The translations under genes were made by a program, and so were the position numbers. From assembly GCA_041288095.1 (NCBI GenBank), contig JBGGMJ010000153.1, positions 1-28,961 on the forward strand: a DNA stretch of 28,961 nucleotides, read 5' to 3'. Shown here in pieces: positions 1-9,935 of the stretch. How positions within the stretch are numbered: the first letter of the stretch is position 1; every line of letters starts with the position of its first letter. Origin of the DNA: Myxococcota bacterium (lineage in GTDB: Bacteria; Myxococcota; XYA12-FULL-58-9; JALHOP01). The notes beneath the pieces are model-generated. The model searched no databases. It worked only from the letters and a program-made list of their open reading frames with translations, and was not told where the DNA came from.

Positions 1-3000
1 CGCGCAGCCGGGCGAGGCGCGTGTAGTACGAGCCGATGTCGCCGGCGGCGATGGGGGTGCGCGCAAGCTGCGCAGCTTCGTTGCCTAGAGTCTGCGCGAT
101 CTGCTGGTCGACGCGGCCGATGGCGGCGAGGTTGGTGCGCAAGAGCGCGTCGAGATCGCGCGCGGCGATGGGGCCGAGCTCACGCTGCATGGCGGCGAGC
201 GACGCCCTGCCCTGCTGCGTCTCGAGCATGTTACGGACTGTGACTAGCTCCTGGCGCGCGTGCAGCGCCGCCTCGAGTGGCATCGCACGCGTGCCGGCAT
301 TGCGGGCGTGGACATTCACCTGCGCCCAGCTGCGAAGCTCCACGGGTGGCCGGTTCGAAGCGTGCAGTAAGCGCACGCCACGCTGACCGGTCGGCGCGCC
401 ACTGCCGGGCGTCGGGCCGGGAGTCGGTCGTGGCGGTGGCGGGCCGCGGAGGATCTGTTCGCCATTGCGGAGACGCTCAGCTGTCCGCTCGAGCAGCGTA
501 CGTGCCTGCGCCTCGGTGAGCCGCGCGCCAGCCTCGGCAACGCCCATGCGCTGCAAGAGGGACATGGCGTGTTGCAGAGCCTCGCCTTGGATTTGGACAC
601 CGCTGGCATTGGCGTAAAGCGTGAGCGTCGTCAGCCAGCGCGCCTGCTCCGTCATCGCGGCCACACTGGTCGCTGGGGTGCGCGCCAGAGTCGCGAGGTG
701 ACGGTTGATGCCTTGCGACAGCAGCGCGCGTGCATCGTCGGTCAGCTCGATGACGACGCCCGGCGGGGGCAGCTGGCCGCCCGAGAGATTACCGAACGCG
801 CGCTCCATGCCGCGTAGGTCACGCGCGCCGATGTAGCCACGGAGATTCTCGTTGAGCTGTTCCCAATGGTTCGCGGGCACGCTCGCCATGCCGCCACCGG
901 CGCGGATCATCCATTGCGCGAGGCCCATGACGCCGGCGAAGCCCAAGCCGAAGACCGCGCCGCGCAGCGCATCGCCACCGACCTTGCGGAGCATGTCCTC
1001 GGTGCTCTCGAACTCGACGCCGATGTTACTCGAAGCAGACAGGCCGCCCATCACGGTGGCCATGACGACGCCGTTACGAGCGGTGCTCGCCAAGATGCCG
1101 GCGCCCGGAATCACGCGCGCGAGAATAGCGTTGGCCTGTGGCGAGGCCGCTCCGAGGCCGGCGAAGGCGCCATAGGCGAAGCCGCGTGCGCCGCTCGTCA
1201 GGTAACGGTTGTCGCCACCTTGCAGGGGCGCGGTCGCCAGACCCGCGACCGTGCCAACCGCCGCCACCGCCGCGATGCGCGTCGCGACCGTCGTCCACAA
1301 GGCCGCGCTCGGGGCGGCGCCGAGGCCGAAGGTGCCGACGCTGACGGCGATCGAAGCGACCGTCGTCGAGACCAGAATGGTCGTGTCCTGGATCGTCCGC
1401 GCTAGCGCATCGCGCTCGACTTCGAAATTGCGGCGCTGACCCACCAGGCGGCGCACGGCTTCGCCCAAGCGGATTTGCTCGTCCTCGGTGAGCTCCGTCG
1501 CCTGACCCGACGCCTGGCGGCGCTGCTGCACGGCGGTGAGCACTTGAGCGAGGGTCACCTCGAACTGCATGAGGCGCTCTTCGAGGGGCTCGCGCTCGTG
1601 ATCGAATTGCCGCAAGAGCCAAGCGCAACGGGACTGCAAGTCGGCGGTCACCGCGGCGGCGAGCTGGGCGCCGGTTTGATTGGCGGCGTCGGCGTTGGTC
1701 GCATCGAAGCCGGTGAGGAATTGCAAGGCGCGTTGGCGTTCTTCGCCGCGCAGCGCCCCGCGAACCGCGGCCCTGATGTCGGCGGTACCACCAGGTGGCG
1801 CAACGCCGGCCTGCGACATGTGCGCAACCACCTGCTCATAAGCACGTTCGACGCCGCCCAGGGCGACGAAAGGCGTCCGCGATAGCAATGTGCTCACCGC
1901 GGCGGCATCACTTCGCTGCAAAGCGAAGAAGAGCTGCGCGGCCGGAGAAAGGCGACCATGCTCGTCGTAGAGGGGTGCCTCGACGCGTGGTCCGCCGACC
2001 CGCTGGACGATGAGAGCGGCTTCGCTGTTGGCGCCACAAAGCTGTGCCACATGTTGGTAGAGCGCACTGGGGTTGGCCGCGGGGTCACCGCCGCTGAGCT
2101 GCGCCGCCGTCTGGTTCATGATGGCGAGCTCTTGGTCGTTGAAGAGCTCACCGTCGGTCCGCTTCAGCAGACGCGCGATCTCGCGCGGGTCACGGCTCCC
2201 GAGGATGCGCCGGGCGATCCCCGCCGGCTCGTCCGGACTCGCGTTGTCGCGGCGGACCACGTGCACGATCGGGTCGTTACCGAGGCGTTGGAGAATGGAA
2301 TCGAGGGGCGTGCTGCTCGCGCGCGCGGGGTTCGTGCGGAAGTCGGCGTCGACCACCTGTTGCCAGGTGGGAGTGCCGGTCTCGGTGCTGCCGACGAGAC
2401 GCAGAGCGGCGCGCAGGCCATCGTTGTCGCGAGCGCGGGCGCGGAGGGTCAAGGCGATGTAACGAGCCGCGGCGGTCGGATCGCTGCGCGTGCCCAGAAG
2501 GAGCGCCTGGTAGCGCAGCATCTGATCGCCGTCGAGCATGGAGAGGGCGCGGGCGTCGAGACTGCCGCCGTGATCACGGCCAAAGCCGGCGTTGAAAGCC
2601 GCCGTGATCGCCGCCATCTGCTCACGGCTGCGACCCTCGAAGAGCTTGAGGAAGTCCTCACCGGTGGCGACCGTCGCCTGCGAAGCGATCTCGAACGCGC
2701 GGCGCTCGGTACCCGGCGGCATGCGCAAGATCGCGAGCATGCGGTCGCGCTGAGCTCCGCTAAAGCCGCCGGTGACGTTCTTCCAGCGCGCGTATTCGCT
2801 GTTGACCATGTCGGCCAGCGGATTGCTGCCGGCCGGTGCCGCTTGAACGGCGCCGTCGAGGGGCGCGGGTCGTCGATGCGGATAGACCATGTCGGCGATG
2901 CGGCCGACGATGCCGGGGTTTCCGGGGTCATGGCTGAAGCGCGCGTTCGAAACCATGCCCGCGGGATTGGCGCCCGCGCGGCTCGCGATGACCGCGTTGG

Positions 3001-4063
3001 CGGCGTCGACGCCGATGGTTTCGACGATCTCCCAGAGCGCGTCTTCGAAGCTCGCGTCAGCGGTGCCGACGCCGGCATCGAGTTGCATGAAGCCGCGCTC
3101 GCGGTATCCGATGGCGGCGAGGACGGCGCGGATCGGCGGGCTCACCTGACCGTCGAAGGGCGTCGATTCGTCGTTCCACACGTATTCACTGGCGCGCAGG
3201 ATGTCGCGGCTCGAGAGACCCGAGGCGCGGAGATCGGCGATGAGCTGCCACTCGTTCTGGGACTGCGCGGCGGCGGCATAAGCGCGGCGCGCGTCCTGGT
3301 TGGTCCAATCGCCGCTCGCCATCATGGCGTAGACGATGCGTAGGACGTTGTCGCGGTTGCCGGCGCGGAGCTCGGTCACGAGGCCCGCGGCGAGCTGTTG
3401 CAGCTGGCTCGGCTCCGTGGTCGGGCCGGCGGGAGCGAGCGCCCTAGCGGCTGCGTCGGGCGCCAGGGCGGCGGGACCTTGAGGGCCGGCGGCGACGACG
3501 TTCGCATCGGCGACGACGAGATTGGGGTCGGGGACCACGGTGTTCGCATCGGCGACGACGAGACTGGGGTCGGGGACCACGGCATTCGCATCGGTGACGA
3601 CGGCAGCCGGCGGCCGCTCGGCTGCCGGGACGTCGAGCGGGTCAACAGTCAGGTCTTGGGTGGGCACCGATTGCGGTCGAGGTCCACGCGCCGGCGGCGT
3701 CGCGATCCGCGGACCATCGGTTGGGCGCGCCCGAACCGTGCCACGAGCACGATCGCTGTCGACGGTGGCAAAGCTATCCGGGGTCAGCCCCCGATAGGCT
3801 TCGCGCCAAACCTGCGCCCGCTCCCCGCCCAGCGATTCTCGCTTGGGCAGCCAGAGAGCCGTCCCAGCGGCGATGCGACGAAAGTCACGGATGCCGTTGA
3901 CCTGCGCGATCGCGGCCAGGACCTCACGGGTGACGGGTACACCGCGGGCGCGCAGAGCCTCGATGACCGAGCTACCGCCGGCCAAAGGCACTGATTCCCA
4001 GTCCGCCTGTCCGGTACTGCCTAACGTCGGAGGCGTTCCCGCGGTAACGGCCCGCTGACTCAT
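1..4063 (-). CDS. Large (>=1354 aa, 3'-truncated) protein: LysM-like N-terminus, annexin-like helical repeats, coiled coil, Gly/Ala-rich hydrophobic block; putative effector/toxin-like protein
   Basis: Not in the ORF track. Manual translation shows no stop codon from ATG 4063 (GGGAGA 4 nt upstream) to the window edge. Starts MSQRAVTAGTPPTLG; LysM-like ...VLAAIAQVNGIRDFRRIAAGTALWLP; ends at the edge ...GDIGSYYTRLARLR. The + strand ORFs here (866, 1475, 1958, 3398) are its antisense shadows. Confidence 0.88.
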   Translation of the reverse strand, partial: MSQRAVTAGTPPTLGSTGQADWESVPLAGGSSVIEALRARGVPVTREVLAAIAQVNGIRDFRRIAAGTALWLPKRESLGGERAQVWREAYRGLTPDSFATVDSDRARGTVRARPTDGPRIATPPARGPRPQSVPTQDLTVDPLDVPAAERPPAAVVTDANAVVPDPSLVVADANTVVPDPNLVVADANVVAAGPQGPAALAPDAAARALAPAGPTTEPSQLQQLAAGLVTELRAGNRDNVLRIVYAMMASGDWTNQDARRAYAAAAQSQNEWQLIADLRASGLSSRDILRASEYVWNDESTPFDGQVSPPIRAVLAAIGYRERGFMQLDAGVGTADASFEDALWEIVETIGVDAANAVIASRAGANPAGMVSNARFSHDPGNPGIVGRIADMVYPHRRPAPLDGAVQAAPAGSNPLADMVNSEYARWKNVTGGFSGAQRDRMLAILRMPPGTERRAFEIASQATVATGEDFLKLFEGRSREQMAAITAAFNAGFGRDHGGSLDARALSMLDGDQMLRYQALLLGTRSDPTAAARYIALTLRARARDNDGLRAALRLVGSTETGTPTWQQVVDADFRTNPARASSTPLDSILQRLGNDPIVHVVRRDNASPDEPAGIARRILGSRDPREIARLLKRTDGELFNDQELAIMNQTAAQLSGGDPAANPSALYQHVAQLCGANSEAALIVQRVGGPRVEAPLYDEHGRLSPAAQLFFALQRSDAAAVSTLLSRTPFVALGGVERAYEQVVAHMSQAGVAPPGGTADIRAAVRGALRGEERQRALQFLTGFDATNADAANQTGAQLAAAVTADLQSRCAWLLRQFDHEREPLEERLMQFEVTLAQVLTAVQQRRQASGQATELTEDEQIRLGEAVRRLVGQRRNFEVERDALARTIQDTTILVSTTVASIAVSVGTFGLGAAPSAALWTTVATRIAAVAAVGTVAGLATAPLQGGDNRYLTSGARGFAYGAFAGLGAASPQANAILARVIPGAGILASTARNGVVMATVMGGLSASSNIGVEFESTEDMLRKVGGDALRGAVFGLGFAGVMGLAQWMIRAGGGMASVPANHWEQLNENLRGYIGARDLRGMERAFGNLSGGQLPPPGVVIELTDDARALLSQGINRHLATLARTPATSVAAMTEQARWLTTLTLYANASGVQIQGEALQHAMSLLQRMGVAEAGARLTEAQARTLLERTAERLRNGEQILRGPPPPRPTPGPTPGSGAPTGQRGVRLLHASNRPPVELRSWAQVNVHARNAGTRAMPLEAALHARQELVTVRNMLETQQGRASLAAMQRELGPIAARDLDALLRTNLAAIGRVDQQIAQTLGNEAAQLARTPIAAGDIGSYYTRLARLR
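3500..3601. repeat. 42-bp in-frame tandem repeat, about 2.4 copies (14-aa unit VV[TA]DAN[AT]VVPDP[SN]L)
   Basis: gttcgcatcggcgacgacgagattggggtcggggaccacggt (3500-3541), gttcgcatcggcgacgacgagactggggtcggggaccacggc (3542-3583), partial attcgcatcggtgacgac. Confidence 0.92.
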
Positions 4064-4170
4064 CCGGTCTCCCAGTCGACCCGCCGGTCGGCTTGGTGTG
4101 TTAAACAATTCCCGGGACACTTCGGACGTTTGGCCGTAGTGACCCCGTCCGCATTATCGGCTGCCGAGGA

Positions 4171-5889
4171 GTGATGTCGCCTAAGACCAAGAAATCGGGT
4201 GTGACACGAAAACAGCCGAGAAAAGCGCGACTTAGCTCGCGCGAGAGCTTGGCGGAGCAACTCGCCGCCGTCCGGGCCATTGGCGAATCGCTCGCCCACA
4301 CCGTCGGTGTCGACCAGTTGCTGGCCCAAGTCGTCGTCCAGGTGACCCGCCTGATGCGCGCCGCCCGCACCACCCTGTTCATTCACGATCCCGAGGCGAA
4401 CGAGATCTGGAGCAAGATCGCCGAGGGCATCGAGGTACGTGAGATTCGCCTGCGGGTCGGTCAGGGCATCGCGGGCTGGGTGGCCATCCATCGCAAGCCA
4501 GCGATCGTCGTCGACGCTTATGCCGACGAGCGCTTCAACCCGGCCGTCGACAAGGCCACCGGTTTCCGAACGCGCTCGGTCGCGGCTGCTCCCCTCCTCG
4601 ATCCCGAAGGGAAGCTCCTGGGGGTGGTGCAGGTGCTCAACCGCCGAGGCGGACCATTCAACGAGCAAGACATGGGCTTGCTCACCGCGATCGCGGCCCA
4701 GATCGCCTTCGTGCTCGAGAACGCCCGGCTGTCCGAAGAGCTGCTCAAGCGCAACCACGAGCTGGATCTGCTCTACGCGCTCGAGCAAGAGGCGTCCGCG
4801 AGCCACGAGGTGCGCGGCCTACTCACTTCGGCCCTGGGGCTGGTGTGCGACCAGCTGAACGCGCGAGCCGCCGCTGTTCTGCTGCGCCCCGCGCGTGGAG
4901 CACCGGTCATCTATCGCCTCGAAGGCAAGCGCGAGCTGTCCGTCGCAGCGGTCACCGCCGACGAGCCGCTCGCCCTAGTCGCCGACTACGGCGCTTCCAT
5001 GCCGGAGCACAGCATCTTGCGCGTGCCTCTGGTCTGGGACCGCCGCATCATCGGCGCGTTCGAAGTGTCGCAACCGGAGCCGCGCGGCAACGGTCGCGCC
5101 GGCTTCGAAGACGACGACATCAAGACGATGACCGTGGTGGCCGCGCAGCTATCGCGCGTCATCACCAACGCCGACGAGCGACTGCAGCGTAACACCAACG
5201 AGCGCTTGGCGGCGGTGGGTCAGATGCTCGCAAGCGTCGCCCACGACCTGCGCACGCCGATGACCGTGGTGTCCGGCTACGCACAGCTGATGGGCGAGGA
5301 GGAAGACGATCCGTCGCAGCGGACATATCGCTGCAACCGCATCCTCACGCAGATCGACGAGATGATGGCGATGATCGGCGACCTGCTCGCTTTCGCCCGT
5401 GGCGACAGCCGCCTGCGCGCCGGCGACGTGAAGCTCGAGAGCCTGGCCGCCGACCTCCAGGAGACCCTACGCCATGCCTGCGACCCACGCGGCATCAAGC
5501 TGGCAATCGAGCGCAAACCGGGCGTAGCTGTCGTGGATCAGGGCCGGGTGAAGCGCATTCTCCACAACCTCGCCAAGAACGCGATCGACGTCATGCGCCG
5601 CGGCGACGGCCTGTTCATCGATCTGCAAACCTCCGACGAGGGGCTTCACCTCACCGTCCGCGATCAAGGGCCAGGCATGAACGAGGCCACACGTGCCCGT
5701 ATTTTCGAGCCCTTCTTCACCGACAAGGCAGGTGGCACGGGCCTCGGCCTCGCCATCGTCAAGCGCTTCGTCGAAGATCATTCCGGGACCATCGCGGTAA
5801 AAAGTGCGCCCGGGCAGGGTACGACGGTCGAGGTGCTCTTGCCGCACGCCGCCCGTTCTGAGAACGATACGGCGATGGGTGCGACTTGA
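4171..5889 (+). CDS. Cytoplasmic GAF-GAF sensor histidine kinase (HisKA + HATPase_c)
   Basis: GAF motifs (GQGIAGWVA, DERFNPAVDKATGFRTRS, GVVQVLNR, FNEQD); H-box VAHDLRTPM; N-box NLAKNAID; G1 DQGPGM; F-box FEPFF; G2 GGTGLGL. No TM helix. Start could be 4171, 4174 or 4201. Confidence 0.93.
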   Translation: MMSPKTKKSGVTRKQPRKARLSSRESLAEQLAAVRAIGESLAHTVGVDQLLAQVVVQVTRLMRAARTTLFIHDPEANEIWSKIAEGIEVREIRLRVGQGIAGWVAIHRKPAIVVDAYADERFNPAVDKATGFRTRSVAAAPLLDPEGKLLGVVQVLNRRGGPFNEQDMGLLTAIAAQIAFVLENARLSEELLKRNHELDLLYALEQEASASHEVRGLLTSALGLVCDQLNARAAAVLLRPARGAPVIYRLEGKRELSVAAVTADEPLALVADYGASMPEHSILRVPLVWDRRIIGAFEVSQPEPRGNGRAGFEDDDIKTMTVVAAQLSRVITNADERLQRNTNERLAAVGQMLASVAHDLRTPMTVVSGYAQLMGEEEDDPSQRTYRCNRILTQIDEMMAMIGDLLAFARGDSRLRAGDVKLESLAADLQETLRHACDPRGIKLAIERKPGVAVVDQGRVKRILHNLAKNAIDVMRRGDGLFIDLQTSDEGLHLTVRDQGPGMNEATRARIFEPFFTDKAGGTGLGLAIVKRFVEDHSGTIAVKSAPGQGTTVEVLLPHAARSENDTAMGAT

Positions 5890-6827
5890 CCACAGCCGAG
5901 GCTCCTGCCGAGCTCCGCGAGCGCTTCGGTCCTTACACGCTTGTCCGCAAAATCGGACAGGGCGGTATGGCCGAGGTCTTCCTCGCGTACCGTGATGGTC
6001 AGCAGCCCGGTACCGCGCCGGTCGTCGTCAAGCGCTTGCACCAAGAGCTCGAGAAGAACCGCGACGCCGTCGACCTGTTCCTCACCGAAGCCGACGTCAC
6101 CCTGCTGCTCGAGCATCCGAACGTCATCCGCGTGCACGACTCCGGCGAAGCCAACGGCCGCTACTACATGGCGATGGAGTACGTGCACGGCAAGGATCTC
6201 GGGCAAATCACCGACCGCATGGTGCAGCTCGGCCGCCGCTTCGATGTCGACATCGCGGTGCACATCGCCATCGAGATGCTCAAAGGCCTCGACTACGTGC
6301 ACCAGGCGAAGACGGTGTCGGGCCGCGCGCTCGGCATCGTGCATCGCGACGTCACCCCGTCGAACATCTACATCTCGGTCACCGGCCAGGTGAAGCTCGG
6401 CGACTTCGGTGTCGCCAAGCTCGTCGGTGTCGAGGGCTGGACGATGGCGGGCTCCTTGAAGGGCAAGCTCGGCTACCTATCGCCGGAGCAGATCGCCGGT
6501 GAGTCGCCCACGCAGGCCATCGACTTGTGGAGCGCATCGATCGTCTTGTTCGAGATGCTTGCGGGCGACCGCGCCTTCGTCGGCGACAACGAGCTCGAGG
6601 TGATGCTGCGCATCAAGGCGGCCAAGGTCCCGAACCTGCGCAAGCTCAACCCGGATGTGCCCAAGCCCCTCGCGAAGATTCTCGAGAAGGCGCTGCACCG
6701 AAAAGAGCGCAAGCGCTTCCAGACCGCGCGCGAGCTGATGGACGAGCTGGTGATTTATCGCACCAAGAACGGTCAAACGTTCGGCGAGGCGCAGCTGGTG
6801 CAGTTGCTCACGCAGCGACTGTCGTAG
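5886..6827 (+). CDS. Hanks-type Ser/Thr protein kinase, catalytic domain only
   Basis: IGQGGMAEVF, VVVKRL, HRDVTPSNI, DFGVAK, KGKLGYLSPEQ, DLWS. TTG start overlaps the histidine kinase stop (TTGA). Confidence 0.93.
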   Translation: MTTAEAPAELRERFGPYTLVRKIGQGGMAEVFLAYRDGQQPGTAPVVVKRLHQELEKNRDAVDLFLTEADVTLLLEHPNVIRVHDSGEANGRYYMAMEYVHGKDLGQITDRMVQLGRRFDVDIAVHIAIEMLKGLDYVHQAKTVSGRALGIVHRDVTPSNIYISVTGQVKLGDFGVAKLVGVEGWTMAGSLKGKLGYLSPEQIAGESPTQAIDLWSASIVLFEMLAGDRAFVGDNELEVMLRIKAAKVPNLRKLNPDVPKPLAKILEKALHRKERKRFQTARELMDELVIYRTKNGQTFGEAQLVQLLTQRLS

Positions 6828-6831
6828 CGAG

Positions 6832-7598
6832 ATGGCGAAGAAGGAGAAGGCCGGGTTCAATTCGCCGTTCGCGAAGCTGAAGACGCTGCCGCCGGAGAAA
6901 CCGAAGGCCGAGAGCCGATCGGTGAAGGGCGATGGGCGAAAGCCGATCGCCGATGGCCGATTACCGAACGCCGACGGCCGAAAGCCGATGGCCGAGAGCC
7001 GTTCGCCGAAGGCCGATTCGGCCGTCAAGGCGGATGTCGGGGTCAGCGCCGCCGAGTCCGATGAGTTCTTACGGGCGATGAGCGACATCGCCCCGATTGC
7101 GGCGCCGAAGAAGCGCGTCGAGCCCGAAAAGCGCCTCGAGTCCGCCCTTCCCGACGACGACACGCTCGCCTTGGCCGAGCTACACGCGTTGGTCGAAGGC
7201 GATACGCCCTTTCATGTCGTCGAGTCCGAGGAGTTCTATTCGGGCGCGGCGCCGGGAGTCAGCCACGAGCTCGTCGACAAGCTGCGCGAGGGTGCCTTCT
7301 CGTTCCGCCGCCACGTCGACTTACACGGCTACACGCGCGACGACGCCAAGACCGCTTTGACGGACTTCATCGCCGCGGCTCGGCGTGACGGCGAGCGCTG
7401 TGTTCTCGTCATCACCGGTCGAGGGAAGAGCTCGCCCGGAGGCATCTCGGTCCTGCGCGAAGCCCTGCCCCGCTGGCTCGGCCGCTTTCCCCTGCGCTCA
7501 CACGTGCTGGCCTTTTGCACCGCGCGCTCGGTCGACGGGGGGCCCGGCGCCTTCTATGTGCTGCTGCGCCGCCTGGGGTCGCGGCCGTACGGCGGTTC

Positions 7599-7602
<4 letters not shown>
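6832..7602 (+). CDS. Smr domain endonuclease (stand-alone SmrA/SmrB-like)
   Basis: EFLRAMSDIAPI N-terminal motif; VDLHGYT; VLVITGRGKSS; DGGPGAFYVLLRR. Confidence 0.9.
6900..7018 (+). repeat. Degenerate 7-bp tandem repeat, 17 units, consensus GCCGA(T/A)N, inside the Smr gene
   Basis: accgaag gccgaga gccgatc ggtgaag ggcgatg ggcgaaa gccgatc gccgatg gccgatt accgaac gccgacg gccgaaa gccgatg gccgaga gccgttc gccgaag gccgatt. Confidence 0.88.
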
Positions 7603-8528
<926 letters not shown>

Positions 8529-8540
8529 CGTGGGGGGGGG

Positions 8541-9890
8541 CTAGCTCTCGCGAACGTCGGCCCAGCGGGTCACCGTGTTGCGGCTGCGCTCCTTGGATTT
8601 GTAGAGGGCGCGGTCGGCGTAATCGATGAGCTTGCGGCCGTCGCGGGAGTCATGGGGGTAAAACGCCACGCCAACGCTGATGGTGAGCTTTCCGTTCGGC
8701 TGGGTCTCTTCCCGCGGGAAGGGCTGCGCCTCGACGACCTGTTGGAGCTTGTGGGCGGTCGCGTAGCCCTCGTCGGCGCCGGTGTCGAGCAGGAGGACCA
8801 CGAACTCCTCGCCGCCATAGCGCGCGATCACATCCGTGCCGCGCAGGTTCAGCGACAAGAGGGCCGCCATGCGCTGTAACAGCTCGTCGCCGGCGCTGTG
8901 GCCGTGCGTGTCGTTGTAGCTCTTGAAATGATCGACATCGAGCAGGATGAGCGCGAACTGGTGCGGATTGCGGGCGCCGCGGCGGAGCTCGAAGTCGAGC
9001 TGCTCCATGAACTGGCGCCGGTTGTACAACCCGGTGAGCGGGTCCGTTTTAGCGAGTCGCTCGAGCTGCTGATTGACCTCCACGAGCTGGGAGTTTGCCG
9101 CCGCGAGCTCGTGCGTGCGCTCGTCGACGCGCTTCTCGAGAGACGCGGTGTAGTCCTCGATGCGCTGGGCCATGGCGTTGAGCTGCTCGGCAAGCTGGCC
9201 GACCTCGTCACGGCTGCGGATGGCCACGCGCGCGGTGAGCTCGCCGCGACTGACTCGCGCCGCCATGCCCTGCATCTTCTCGATAGGGCGCACGACCAAT
9301 CGATGCAGCGTGAGGAAAGCGATGAGGCCGGGGATCGACATCATGACGAGCGCGAACACGAAGACTCGCGTGCGTCGCGCCGCGATGGCGCGCTCGACGT
9401 TCGCGAGACTGAAGGAAGCTCGAATCGTGCCCCAGCGTAGGCCGCTCACCACGGGGACCGCGACTTCGAGGACCGGCTCGCCGCCCTCGACGAGATCGCG
9501 GGTTTGCGGCGCTTCAGCGGCGAGCGCCGTCCGCGTGAACGGATCGTCGTAGACCTTGCCGAACTCCCCCTGGCGCGTATGCGAGACCACGCGGCCCTGG
9601 AAATCGAGGACCGCCATGTGACGCAGATCGAGGCTGCTGGCGGCTTCGGAGAGCTTTACGACGTAGTTGTCGAGCGTCGGGGTGTCGTTGTTGGCCATGG
9701 CGACCCCGCAGGGGATGGCGAACGCCCGGAGCAGTGCCACGGCGCGACTCTCGGTTTCCCGCTGGAGCACGCGCTCCTCGTGGCGGATGGCGGTGAAGCC
9801 ATAGGCGGCCACCGCGACCATCACGACGGAAAGGACGGCAAATGCCAATTTCGCCCGCAGACCCATGGTCGAAAAACCTGGGCCCCCCAT
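8541..9890 (-). CDS. Membrane-bound diguanylate cyclase (TM-periplasmic sensor-TM-HAMP-coiled coil-GGEEF)
   Basis: Two TM helices; HAMP (VRPIEKM...RDEVGQLAEQLNAM); DPLTGLYNRR; DVDHFKSYNDTHGHSAGD; RGTD I-site; RYGGEEF. Start uncertain (9920, 9890 or 9866). Confidence 0.93.
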   Translation of the reverse strand: MGGPGFSTMGLRAKLAFAVLSVVMVAVAAYGFTAIRHEERVLQRETESRAVALLRAFAIPCGVAMANNDTPTLDNYVVKLSEAASSLDLRHMAVLDFQGRVVSHTRQGEFGKVYDDPFTRTALAAEAPQTRDLVEGGEPVLEVAVPVVSGLRWGTIRASFSLANVERAIAARRTRVFVFALVMMSIPGLIAFLTLHRLVVRPIEKMQGMAARVSRGELTARVAIRSRDEVGQLAEQLNAMAQRIEDYTASLEKRVDERTHELAAANSQLVEVNQQLERLAKTDPLTGLYNRRQFMEQLDFELRRGARNPHQFALILLDVDHFKSYNDTHGHSAGDELLQRMAALLSLNLRGTDVIARYGGEEFVVLLLDTGADEGYATAHKLQQVVEAQPFPREETQPNGKLTISVGVAFYPHDSRDGRKLIDYADRALYKSKERSRNTVTRWADVRES

Positions 9891-9935
9891 TAGCTCGATC
9901 CGCCTTCGTGTAGCTACCAAGTAAAATTGTCGGCC

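Noticed and set aside
1958..3343. 461-aa + strand ORF (and 866-1405, 1475-1885, 3398-3994)
   Set aside because: Exact antisense-frame shadows of the long minus-strand ORF; broken by stops, with no motifs.
3500..3601. Repeat as a possible CRISPR array
   Set aside because: Units are contiguous with no spacers, in frame within a CDS, and there are no cas genes.
4154..4161. GCCGATAA on the minus strand upstream of the giant ORF, a perfect sigma-28 -10 element
   Set aside because: No TAAA-like -35 at the expected spacing, and an 8-mer can occur by chance. Worth revisiting only if found upstream of paralogues.
8880..8945. Possible Hypr GGDEF (3',3'-cGAMP synthase) as in Geobacter/Myxococcus
   Set aside because: The signature position is the canonical Asp (GHSAGD), not Ser/Thr.
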